Positions 35,435 through 44,337 of a stretch of 64,000 nt of DNA are shown here, piece after piece. The stretch is from contig JBHWOX010000009.1 of the NCBI GenBank assembly GCA_043424615.1, positions 1,629 to 65,628 of the forward strand, in the 5' to 3' direction. Each line of letters starts with the position of its first letter. The first letter of the stretch is position 1. Origin of the DNA: Atopococcus sp. (lineage in GTDB: Bacteria; Bacillota; Bacilli; Lactobacillales; Carnobacteriaceae_A). The notes beneath the pieces are model-generated. The model did not search any database and was not told the origin of the DNA. It was given only the letters and a program-made list of their open reading frames with translations. The position numbers were made by a program, and so were the translations under genes.

Positions 35435-36355
35435 GTGGATTTAAAACAATTAGAAACTTTTATGACTGTGGTTGAGTGGGGAAGTTTTTCCGATGCTGCT
35501 AAACACCTATACTTATCCCAACCCACCGTTAGTGTCCATATCAAACAACTTGAAGATGAATTTGGTACCGAGCTCATTAAACGAACAACTAAAAGCATTG
35601 AGATGACCAAAGAAGGACGCGAATTTTACAGCTATGCCAAGTCCATCGCTGATATCATCGAAAATGCCAAAGACACTTTCTCCAACCAAGGATCCAAAAA
35701 CATTAACATCACGGCCTCTTCCATTCCTGCTTCTTATTTATTACCGAAGATTATTAAGGCCTATCATGATGAAGTACCGGATGCCTTAATTACCGTCGAC
35801 CAAACCGACAGTATCGACACTACTGACCAGGTCCTCAAAGGGCGCACCAATGTCGGATTTGTTGGCAGTGTCTCCATGAATAGTGACTTAAAATATGAAA
35901 AACTCTGTGAGGATAAATTAGTCTTAGTCGCCCCTTATAACGACTATTATTTAGCAAAAAAAGAAGGGGAAACCCCTATCGAAGAGCTCTTGACCGAACC
36001 CATCATTAAGCGGGAACAAGGATCAGGAACTTTAAAAGAAACCATCAAAATGCTGAATGCCATGCAGATTGACGAAAGTAATTTGGATGTTGTGGCGGTG
36101 GTGAATAGTAATGAAGCGCTGATTAATTATGTGAAAGCCGGTCTTGGTATTTCCGTTATCTCCGAAATAGCCGTCATGGATGATGTTCGCAAACATAACT
36201 TGATTGCGTTCGACATCGAAGAATTAGAATCCTACCGTAACTTCTACATGGTTACTCGTAAAAACTCTGTCTTATCCCATCAAATGGCTCATTTCATCAA
36301 CTTTTTACGCGACTATATTGAAATGGAAGAAGCCGAAACCGTTCAAGAAATCTAA
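35435..36355 (+). CDS. LysR-family transcriptional regulator
   Basis: (M)DLKQLETFMTVVEWGSFSDAAKHLYLSQPTVSVHIKQLEDEFGTELIKR (HTH) plus a substrate-binding domain. It is divergent from the DUF2064-APH operon. Confidence 0.9.
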   Translation: MDLKQLETFMTVVEWGSFSDAAKHLYLSQPTVSVHIKQLEDEFGTELIKRTTKSIEMTKEGREFYSYAKSIADIIENAKDTFSNQGSKNINITASSIPASYLLPKIIKAYHDEVPDALITVDQTDSIDTTDQVLKGRTNVGFVGSVSMNSDLKYEKLCEDKLVLVAPYNDYYLAKKEGETPIEELLTEPIIKREQGSGTLKETIKMLNAMQIDESNLDVVAVVNSNEALINYVKAGLGISVISEIAVMDDVRKHNLIAFDIEELESYRNFYMVTRKNSVLSHQMAHFINFLRDYIEMEEAETVQEI

Positions 36356-36397
36356 GTATAACCCCTTGCCAATCCTAACTATTTGTCATGATTGCTT

Positions 36398-36438
36398 AAA
36401 AAAGAAGAGGCTGTGATTTTTTTCGCCTCTTCTTTTGC
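36398..36438. terminator. Bidirectional terminator
   Basis: AAAGAAGAGGC...GCCTCTTCTTT, flanked by A-runs and T-runs. Confidence 0.75.
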
Positions 36439-36453
36439 CATTTATAAGGGGTT

Positions 36454-37104
36454 TTAGCTTTCTAAAATAAAGGGCAGACATTGATCGATCGTTTCACAAA
36501 TAGCTAGCGTAGCGGCTTTTTCTTTAGCTGTCGGTTCGATAAGGTCTGGAACCATGATCACATCCAAATTAGCCCGCTGGCAAGCTTCCACCCCATTTAA
36601 GGAATCTTCAATGGCAATGGCTTTTTTCTTGGCTATGCCCGTACTAGCTAAGGCCTTCAAATAGATATCTGGATGGGGCTTGGCCTCTTCCATCTGGTCA
36701 CCGGCCACAATGCCGTCAAAATAATGGCCGATCCCTGCTTTATCAATTAGGGTTTGAACCATCGACAAATCATTTGAAGAAGCCACAATCATTTTTATGC
36801 CTGCCTTAGCTAGGGCCTTTAATAATTCATCCAAACCTTCTTTTTTAGGGGCCCCTTTTTCTTTGTAGATCTCTAAACGAATATCATAGGCATCCTGGTA
36901 AATTTTATTTCCCAGGGCTTCGTCCCCTACTTTTTCAATGGTCAACCGTCGATTTTGTTTTTGGCTGGTTCCAGCATATTTCAGGTAATCTTCCCATTCA
37001 AAATTAATATTTTCTTTGGCGAAGGCTCGCTGGTTGGATTCGTACAAGACCGTTTCAGTATCAAAAAGCACACCGCTCATATCAAAAATAACTAAGTCTT
37101 TCAT
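36454..37104 (-). CDS. HAD-superfamily hydrolase (beta-phosphoglucomutase-like subfamily)
   Basis: MKDLVIFDMSGVLFDTE... plus later HAD motifs (VASSN, EDSLNGVEA). Motif I reads D-M-S-G rather than the usual DxDG, so the general-acid Asp is replaced by Ser. Confidence 0.75.
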   Translation of the reverse strand: MKDLVIFDMSGVLFDTETVLYESNQRAFAKENINFEWEDYLKYAGTSQKQNRRLTIEKVGDEALGNKIYQDAYDIRLEIYKEKGAPKKEGLDELLKALAKAGIKMIVASSNDLSMVQTLIDKAGIGHYFDGIVAGDQMEEAKPHPDIYLKALASTGIAKKKAIAIEDSLNGVEACQRANLDVIMVPDLIEPTAKEKAATLAICETIDQCLPFILES

Positions 37105-37151
37105 TATCTTCTCCTTCTTATCTCCCTTTCAATATACCAAAGCTGGTCAGA

Positions 37152-37186
37152 TAAAAAAACCCTTGAGTCCTAGCGACTCAAGGGTT
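37152..37186 (-). terminator. Terminator of the LRR surface-protein gene
   Basis: AACCCTTGAGTC-CTAGC-GACTCAAGGGTT. The minus strand continues with TTTTTTT. Confidence 0.8.
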
Positions 37187-37207
37187 CTAATGCTTAGCCA
37201 GCATTTA

Positions 37208-40200
37208 TTAGTGTTTTTTTCTTAAGTTTAATCCTAAACCACTCATCAAACTGGTCATAGCAAGCATAGCTGTTAAGGCTGAGCTTCCGGTTTGAGGAAG
37301 ATGATCGGCTTCAGCTGAATCACTTGCAGTAAGAGTCTGATGGTCTTCATTTGCGAGTGTGCTTTGACTTGGCTGTTGGCGGTCTTGGCTGAGTTGATCT
37401 TTAGAAACAGTCGGCTGAACGGCGGCTTGTTTTTGATCGCTGTCAGCTAAAAGCGGTTGATAGACGACAGCAAAGTATGAAAAGTCATCTGTTTGGAAGA
37501 CGACCTGGCCATTTTCAAGCTCAAAGGCTAGAGAATGAACGTCATCCCCATTTAAGTCATCTCCTAAATGCAAGACGGCTTCCACTTGTCGCCCAGCAGC
37601 TATTGGTAAGCGTACCCAATGAGCTTTTTCTGCTTCAACTTTTTCATTTTGATGGTTAATGAGATAGATATCATATAAGTCAAAATCTTTGCCTTCTAAA
37701 ACAGCAGGTAAGCGATCAAGATTGCTGATGGCTTTCACCACAAGGGATGGACCTGTGTCTGGCTGACCTTGTTCAGCTGAGTCATCTGAAGACTGGCCGG
37801 AATCTGTTGAATCAAATGGTTTTTCTGATTCATTGTCGTCGGTTGACGGTTTATCATCAGATGAATCAGATGGATCTTCAAATTCATTGTCCTCCGGGTT
37901 TTGACCCTCATCAGCTGGATCAGACGGTTGTTCAGACTCATTGTCCTCTGGGGTTTGATCCTCATCAGCTGGATCAGATGGATCTTCAGATTCATTGTCC
38001 TCTGGGGTTTGACCCTCGTCAGATGAATCAGACGGTTGTTCAGACTCACCATCATCTGGTAAGTGTCCGCCGTCAGTTTTTCCATCTTCTTCATTCATCC
38101 ATTTTTCATAAAGGGCTTGGAATTTGTCCATGTCAATCAGATTTAAGAAATCATCTGTCGATCCTGGATCCTCTTCTTCAGCAGTTTGATCTTTCAACCA
38201 TTCGTCATAGAGGGCTTGGAATTTATCCATGTCAATCAGATTTAAGAAATCATCTTGGTCTTCTAAAGTTGGCTCTTCTGTTGGGTCTTCTTCAACTTCA
38301 AGCTTTTGCCCTATTTCCACAATAGCAGGGATGACTTCTTTGATGACTTGGGTATCGATAATCTGGCGGTCCACTTCTTTACCTTGGCGGTAGATCACTT
38401 CTTCAGTGACCTCAAGGATCCCATTTTGACCTTGGCGAACTAAACGACTGTCACCCGGTTGGAGTTCTGTCGTATAGCGGTAAAGAATGTCGTAAGTCAG
38501 ATTTATTTGACGTTTTTCTTCCTTACTTTCTTTCTCAATCAACACCACTATTTGATGGTCCATGGATTTTTCTGTATTAAATTTCAAATGATCAGGATTT
38601 TCAGTATAGAGTTTAACCACCACAGCCTGGCCTTGCTCATCCAACACAGTATCAAAGGCATCATACGCTAATTTTTGGAGAGAATTCGGTAAGTAAACCT
38701 CAGTTAAACCGGTTCCTTCAAAGGCATTGCGATCAATTTCTTCTAAGCCTTCATGTAAAATCAATTCCGTTAAATCAGGATATTCCAAAGCCTCTTTTTG
38801 TTGGAAGGCTTGTGGACCGATATATTTAACACTAGAAGGAATTTCTAGCCGTTGGAAGTGGTTGGTATTAAAGGCCATGCGTTCAATTCTTTCGACTGTA
38901 TCAGGGATCGTGATTTCTTTAATGTTCGCCCCCATGAAGGCAGACTCACCAATTCTTGTAATCCCTTCAGGAAGAGTGACTTTTTCCAACTTACCATTAC
39001 GGCCGAAAAGTCCATCTGGAATTTCAGTAATGCCTGACCCAATGTGGACTTGCTTGGTCGGGTTAGCGGAAAAAGCTGCGACCCCGATCTGGGTAACTGA
39101 ATCTGGAATAATCACTTCCTGCAATTGGTTACCATTAAAGGCCATCGGTCCGATTTCAACCAAGCCTTCAGGTAATTGGATAGCTGTTAAAGCATTAGTT
39201 CTAAAGGCGTTTTGGCCGATCGATTTCACCGTGTCAGGAATGACGACGGACTGCATGCCGTTAGGTGAATGGGAAACACTGCGATTCCAAGTCACTCCTT
39301 CAGTCACATGGAAGGCATCCGCTGCAATAGCTTCAATGGACTCACCTTGAAGGTTGACTTCAGGTAAGACCACGTCTTTATTGAAATTAAATTTCACTTG
39401 GCCCTGCTCGCTGAACCCTGTTATGGTCGTGCCCTCATAGCTGAAATCATCTGCATTAAATGTTCGATCTCCGTCAAAATAGATGACCTGATGATTGTTT
39501 TTAGAAGCGTCTGTATTGAAAGCCAAATGATCAGGGTTGTGGGTAAAGAGTTTAACCACAACGGGTTCACCATATTCATTGCGGTTATCTTCAAAAGCAC
39601 GAGGGTCTAAGTCACGAAGGGATTGGGGGAGGAAGACTTCACTTAATAAAGCATTTCCAAAGGATAATTTCCCAATTTTTTCGATTCCCTCTTCCAGAAT
39701 CAGAGTTTTTAGGGTTGGCCATTTGACATTTTGATTAAAGGCTTCGTCACCAATGACCTTCACATTGCCCGGAATGGTTAATTCTTCTACACGGCTAGCT
39801 TGGAAGGCCATCCGTCCAATTTCTTCAACGGTTGACGGTATATTGATCTGAACAAGAGGATCACCGATAAAGGCTGATTGGCCAATAACACGGTTGCCTT
39901 CGCTAAGTGTCAGCTCTTTTAATTCAATATTGCGGGAGAAAGCACCGCTCGCAATTTCTTCCAAAGTGGAAGGGATGCTGACGGTTTGACTTTCATTAAG
40001 TGCAAACGCTCCTACCCCTAAAGAAGTGAGTCCTTCTGGTAAGACAATATGTTGGATACTATTGCCATTAAAGGCAGCAGGACCAATAGTTTTTAGGGAT
40101 TGAGGCAGGTCTAAACGGGTTAAATTATTGGAGAAGAAAGCTCGGGCGCCAATATGGGTCACTGTTTCAGGAATACGGACCGATTGGAAGCCGTATTTAG

Positions 40201-42682
40201 ACTTGCTGGTATCTGATCCATAATTCACATCAGAGGGGAAAGCCCCATCTCCAATGGCGGTGATAGCTTCTCCTTGAGGGTTAAGATCTGGAATAACGAG
40301 ATGTTTATTTTCTTCTTTCTTAGCTAAGCCACTGTCACTTAAGCCCGTTACCGTACTGCCATCATAAGTAAAATCGGCGGTAGTATATTGGAGGGCTTCC
40401 ACAATTTCTAACTGATCCATGGCCTGCTTCAATCCTTGAATGGCTTGGTCCATGGTCGCTTCGGTATAGTCTGTTTGTAAAACCGCTTGAGCCGCTTGAA
40501 TGACTTTTTGCAACTGAGCTAGGGAATCTTCAGTGTAAATGTCGGCATTAACACGGGTCGCCTGGTCTAAGGTTTGGCGGAATTCCGCAAGGTTTTTGAC
40601 CGTTACCGATTCAATCAAGTCTTTTAATGATTGGGCGTGTTGGTCGATTTGTTCTTGGCTGGCTGAAGGATCAGTAAACGTGCGTCGCCCAGACGCTAGT
40701 AGGCGGTTAAAATCATAGGTCGCCGTCTTATCTAAGTCTGGTCCTTGCTCTAAGACATCTTGGGCCGCTCTTAATTGGGTAAATAAGTCATCTCGATTGA
40801 TGTCCGGCGCCACATTCACGATGTCATGATAGCGGCTAGGAGCAATGTAAGTTTCAACCCGTAATTGGTGAGGGTTGATACTGTTCAAACGCACCACCCC
40901 TGTTCCTGCAGGGTCTCCTTTTAATAGATCTTCTTCAGCTAAAGGTTTCACACCAGGATTGGCTTTGAAGACATATTCTCTGAATTTGAAAATATCGTAG
41001 GGTAAATCAACGCTGGTCAGTTGGTTATTAGCAAAAGAATAATTATCGATTTGAAGGCGTTCAACATTGGGATGGATATTCAGGCTTTCAATCGAATTGT
41101 GCATGAAGGACTGGCTACCGGTGGTCCATAGGGTAGAAGGCAGGGTCACTTCAGTCAACTTGTTCTTGAAGAAAGCACGCGGACCAATTAATTCAAGCCC
41201 TTCACCGAAGGAAACTGAGCTTAAGCCAGAATTTTCAAAAGCAGACCCTTGGATAATAAAGGTATGGTCGGCTTCGGGGATGACTAAACTTTCAAGGGCA
41301 ACATCCTTAAAGGCTGAAGGCCCTATGCCCATAATTTGTCGGTCATAGCTTTGCCCATTTTCTTCAAAAGTCACAGAAGAAGGGATGACTAAATCTTTTT
41401 GGGTGTCCGCTTTTTCTAAGCCCAGAGCGGAAAAGCTGGTGATTCCAAAGACTTGGTATTGTTCTTCTAAAGGTGGTTTGTAGTCTAACCAACCGTATTC
41501 AAAATCTTCTGCCTTCCAGCTGGCTGCTGCTGGATCTGGTTCAACAGAAGGCTGGTCTGTTTCTTCTGGAGGAAGAAGTCTTAAAGAGACTTGCGGAATT
41601 AAACGGCTGGCTGAAGAAGCATCCGCTTCAGCTAAGGCTGAACTGTCAAATTTCCCTTTTAAGCGATAACGGTCAGAAGCAGAATCATAAGCTAAGTGAT
41701 GAACATCCCAAATCACTTGGCCCTGACCATCTCTTGTATATATAGATAGGGGAAGGGCTTTTTGGACGCTTTCTAATAAGCTAGCGGTGTCTTCCACACT
41801 GCTAACATCTAATTGTCCCCCATCTAAAATCACTTGGCTTGGGGCTTGGAAAGCACGAGCGTGGAAGCGGATAGGACGATTTTGTGGGAGGATAAGCTGA
41901 GCTTGCTGGCTTTGGAAGGCATTGATCCCAATCTCTAAAGGACTAGACCCTTCTGCAATGGATAAGGTGAGAGCTGGAGAAGCGCCTTTAAAGGCATTGT
42001 CTCCTACTTTTTTCAGCTGAGAACCCAGGCGGATGTCTCCTTGGAGTTTAGTCCCATTAAAGGCAAAGTTCCCAATGGAGTGCAAGGAATCAGGAAGGAC
42101 AATACTTTCTAACGAACTGTTTGTATTAAAGGCCCGGTCATCAATGATTTGTAAACCTTCGTTTAATTGAACCTGACTTAATTCTTTATTAACCGCAAAG
42201 CCCATTTTCCCAATGGATACCATGCTGGAAGGGAGTTCAACTGCGGTCAATTGATTGCTAAGAAAACCACCGTCTTCGATGGTTTCTAATCCTTCTGGCA
42301 GTTGAACAGAGCTTAAACCTTCTTTAGAGAAGGCTTGGCTACCTATGGATGTCACAGCCGTTCCCTCAATGTCTTGAGGAATCACTAAATCAGTCGAAGA
42401 AGGTTCATAGGATTCAGCATAACCATTGACAGTTCCTGTGCTCACATCAAAATCAAAAACGGGGGCTTGGTCGGGACTAGGAGTAGCTAGGGCCTCCAGG
42501 CTACTTTCAGCTGGAGCAGCCGTCGTCGAAGAGTCAAGAGTGGTGTGTTCTGAAGTCGGGTTAGGTGGCAGGCTGGTAGGATCAGCTTCAGCAGCTTGGG
42601 CGCTTATTCCGCTCAAATAGAGCATGGAAAAACTGGCTAATCCTAAGGCTAATGCCTTATGAGTATGCTTGTGTCTAGCCAT
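37208..42682 (-). CDS. 1824-aa LPXTG-anchored surface protein with BspA-type leucine-rich repeats
   Basis: Signal peptide MARHKHTHKALALGLASFSMLYLSGISAQA. Four LRR blocks (IGxxAFxxxxLxxVxLPxxLxxIGxxAF). One G5-like unit, acidic repeats, and a C-terminal LPQTG + hydrophobic + RKKH. Confidence 0.88.
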   Translation of the reverse strand: MARHKHTHKALALGLASFSMLYLSGISAQAAEADPTSLPPNPTSEHTTLDSSTTAAPAESSLEALATPSPDQAPVFDFDVSTGTVNGYAESYEPSSTDLVIPQDIEGTAVTSIGSQAFSKEGLSSVQLPEGLETIEDGGFLSNQLTAVELPSSMVSIGKMGFAVNKELSQVQLNEGLQIIDDRAFNTNSSLESIVLPDSLHSIGNFAFNGTKLQGDIRLGSQLKKVGDNAFKGASPALTLSIAEGSSPLEIGINAFQSQQAQLILPQNRPIRFHARAFQAPSQVILDGGQLDVSSVEDTASLLESVQKALPLSIYTRDGQGQVIWDVHHLAYDSASDRYRLKGKFDSSALAEADASSASRLIPQVSLRLLPPEETDQPSVEPDPAAASWKAEDFEYGWLDYKPPLEEQYQVFGITSFSALGLEKADTQKDLVIPSSVTFEENGQSYDRQIMGIGPSAFKDVALESLVIPEADHTFIIQGSAFENSGLSSVSFGEGLELIGPRAFFKNKLTEVTLPSTLWTTGSQSFMHNSIESLNIHPNVERLQIDNYSFANNQLTSVDLPYDIFKFREYVFKANPGVKPLAEEDLLKGDPAGTGVVRLNSINPHQLRVETYIAPSRYHDIVNVAPDINRDDLFTQLRAAQDVLEQGPDLDKTATYDFNRLLASGRRTFTDPSASQEQIDQHAQSLKDLIESVTVKNLAEFRQTLDQATRVNADIYTEDSLAQLQKVIQAAQAVLQTDYTEATMDQAIQGLKQAMDQLEIVEALQYTTADFTYDGSTVTGLSDSGLAKKEENKHLVIPDLNPQGEAITAIGDGAFPSDVNYGSDTSKSKYGFQSVRIPETVTHIGARAFFSNNLTRLDLPQSLKTIGPAAFNGNSIQHIVLPEGLTSLGVGAFALNESQTVSIPSTLEEIASGAFSRNIELKELTLSEGNRVIGQSAFIGDPLVQINIPSTVEEIGRMAFQASRVEELTIPGNVKVIGDEAFNQNVKWPTLKTLILEEGIEKIGKLSFGNALLSEVFLPQSLRDLDPRAFEDNRNEYGEPVVVKLFTHNPDHLAFNTDASKNNHQVIYFDGDRTFNADDFSYEGTTITGFSEQGQVKFNFNKDVVLPEVNLQGESIEAIAADAFHVTEGVTWNRSVSHSPNGMQSVVIPDTVKSIGQNAFRTNALTAIQLPEGLVEIGPMAFNGNQLQEVIIPDSVTQIGVAAFSANPTKQVHIGSGITEIPDGLFGRNGKLEKVTLPEGITRIGESAFMGANIKEITIPDTVERIERMAFNTNHFQRLEIPSSVKYIGPQAFQQKEALEYPDLTELILHEGLEEIDRNAFEGTGLTEVYLPNSLQKLAYDAFDTVLDEQGQAVVVKLYTENPDHLKFNTEKSMDHQIVVLIEKESKEEKRQINLTYDILYRYTTELQPGDSRLVRQGQNGILEVTEEVIYRQGKEVDRQIIDTQVIKEVIPAIVEIGQKLEVEEDPTEEPTLEDQDDFLNLIDMDKFQALYDEWLKDQTAEEEDPGSTDDFLNLIDMDKFQALYEKWMNEEDGKTDGGHLPDDGESEQPSDSSDEGQTPEDNESEDPSDPADEDQTPEDNESEQPSDPADEGQNPEDNEFEDPSDSSDDKPSTDDNESEKPFDSTDSGQSSDDSAEQGQPDTGPSLVVKAISNLDRLPAVLEGKDFDLYDIYLINHQNEKVEAEKAHWVRLPIAAGRQVEAVLHLGDDLNGDDVHSLAFELENGQVVFQTDDFSYFAVVYQPLLADSDQKQAAVQPTVSKDQLSQDRQQPSQSTLANEDHQTLTASDSAEADHLPQTGSSALTAMLAMTSLMSGLGLNLRKKH
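37790..38060 (-). repeat. About five 54-nt (18-aa) acidic repeats (ESE.PSD..DEGQ.PEDN) inside the LRR protein
   Basis: ESEQPSDSSDEGQTPEDN / ESEDPSDPADEDQTPEDN / ESEQPSDPADEGQNPEDN / EFEDPSDSSDDKPSTDDN / ESEKPFDSTDSGQSSDD. Boundaries are approximate. Confidence 0.75.
38095..38290 (-). repeat. Two 99-nt direct repeats encoding DDFLNLIDMDKFQALY(D/E)(E/K)W
   Basis: CTTGGAATTT(G/A)TCCATGTCAATCAGATTTAAGAAATCATC occurs at 38116 and 38215, a period of 99 nt. Confidence 0.8.
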
Positions 42683-42878
42683 AACGATTGTCTCCTTTTT
42701 ATTTTTTTATACATCTTTCATCCTACCCCGAATCAAAAAATAAGACACTTCCCAATGAAAAGTTGAGAAATGTCTTATTATATTTAGTGATAGGTCCTTC
42801 TTATTTCCTTTTTCACAATCCGATTCTTGTAAGCAGTCATTAGCAAGCTCTTATTATAGAATTTATTTATGATTTCAA

Positions 42879-44336
42879 TCACCGATGCCATGACCGCCGC
42901 CATAGATTAGGAGACAGTAAGATTAAGAGAGGATAAATTTCTAAACGGCCGGCAATCATTAAAAATGAAAGAAATATTTTCATGCCCCCGCTGAAAAAGC
43001 TATAGTTGTAGGCCGGCCCCACAATACCAAAGCCCGAACCAATATTATTCAACATAGCAGAAGCCGTCGAAAATGAGGAAATAAATTCAGGAACTTCAAG
43101 ACTGATGATCGCCACTCCTAAAACAAAAATCATCATGTAGACAATAAAATAATTGACCACAGAACGTAGGAAGGCTTGACTTTGAGCCTGGTGTTCAAAA
43201 TGAACACTGACCACTCGATTGGGATAAGTTAACCGTTTAATTTCTGCCAATGCCACTTTGAATAAAACGGCAATCCGGGACACTTTCAAGCCTCCCGCCG
43301 TCGACCCTGACATCCCGCCGATAAACATGAGCGCCATCAAAATCACCCGCGGGAATATAGGCCAAAGGGTGTAATCGGTGGTGACATAAGCTGTCGTCGT
43401 CATGACGGAAGAAGCAGAGAAAAAGGCATCTTTCATGGATTCAAAGACAGGATAGTCATTCGCAATCAAGTCTAAGGAAATTAAAAAAGAAGAAGCGAAG
43501 ACAATCATAATAAACCATCGCAATTCCTCATTTTTCAAGATGGGTTTGATTTGCCCATGAATAGCCAAATAATAGAGGTTAAAGTTGACACCAAAAACAA
43601 GCATGGCAATGGTTAAAACTAGTTCAATATAAATGCTATCGTAATGGGCGATGCTTGCATTCATGGTGGAAAATCCCCCCGTAGCCGCTGCTCCAAAGGC
43701 CATCAAGACGGCATCAAAGACAGGGACCGATCCAAACATCAAAAGGACCATGGTGATGAAAGTGAGCACAATATATAAAATGTAAAGGGTGCGGGCAGAA
43801 GAAGTTACCCGTGATTTCAACTTACCAAAACCTGTTCCTGGCACTTCGGCCTTCATAATATACACCGATTCCGATTGGGTCGGAGGCATGATAGCAAGAG
43901 CAAAGACTAAGACCCCCATTCCTCCCAACCATTGGGTCAAAGACCGCCAAAAAAGAATGGACTGGGAGACTACTTCCACATCTTCAAAAACTGTCGCGCC
44001 AGTGGTTGAAAAACCTGATGCCGTTTCAAAAAAAGCATCTGCAAAAGTGCTTAACTCTCCTGATATCAAAAATGGAAAAGACCCAAAAAAGGATAAGGCC
44101 AGCCAGGACAGGGCCACAATCATAAAACCTTCTGCAGCATGCATATCGTGGGTGTCATAACGCTGGCGGCTAAGCAAGCCCCCCACGACCAGGCAGCTGA
44201 AGGCTGGTGCAATGAAACTGATGGCATTGGATAAACTTTCGCCATAGATCAAAACGATAGCAAGCGGTGCTAGCATTAATAACCCTTCGAAGACCATAAT
44301 CTGGCCTAGGACAGATAAAACCAGCCGTAAATTCAT
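42879..44336 (-). CDS. trkH: TrkH/KtrB-family potassium uptake membrane subunit
   Basis: 485 aa, polytopic, with repeated pore-loop-like SGFSTTGATV / GGFSTMNAS / SVMTTTAY / MSGSTAGGLK motifs. Confidence 0.85.
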   Translation of the reverse strand: MNLRLVLSVLGQIMVFEGLLMLAPLAIVLIYGESLSNAISFIAPAFSCLVVGGLLSRQRYDTHDMHAAEGFMIVALSWLALSFFGSFPFLISGELSTFADAFFETASGFSTTGATVFEDVEVVSQSILFWRSLTQWLGGMGVLVFALAIMPPTQSESVYIMKAEVPGTGFGKLKSRVTSSARTLYILYIVLTFITMVLLMFGSVPVFDAVLMAFGAAATGGFSTMNASIAHYDSIYIELVLTIAMLVFGVNFNLYYLAIHGQIKPILKNEELRWFIMIVFASSFLISLDLIANDYPVFESMKDAFFSASSVMTTTAYVTTDYTLWPIFPRVILMALMFIGGMSGSTAGGLKVSRIAVLFKVALAEIKRLTYPNRVVSVHFEHQAQSQAFLRSVVNYFIVYMMIFVLGVAIISLEVPEFISSFSTASAMLNNIGSGFGIVGPAYNYSFFSGGMKIFLSFLMIAGRLEIYPLLILLSPNLWRRSWHR

Positions 44337-44337
44337 C

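Noticed and set aside
37477-42620. Plus-strand ORFs within 37.4-42.6 kb (for example 37747-38325, 38727-39350, 41067-41348).
   Set aside because: They are antisense shadows of the 1824-aa LRR gene. The periodic 'QMDLQIHCP' pattern simply mirrors the acidic 54-nt repeats.
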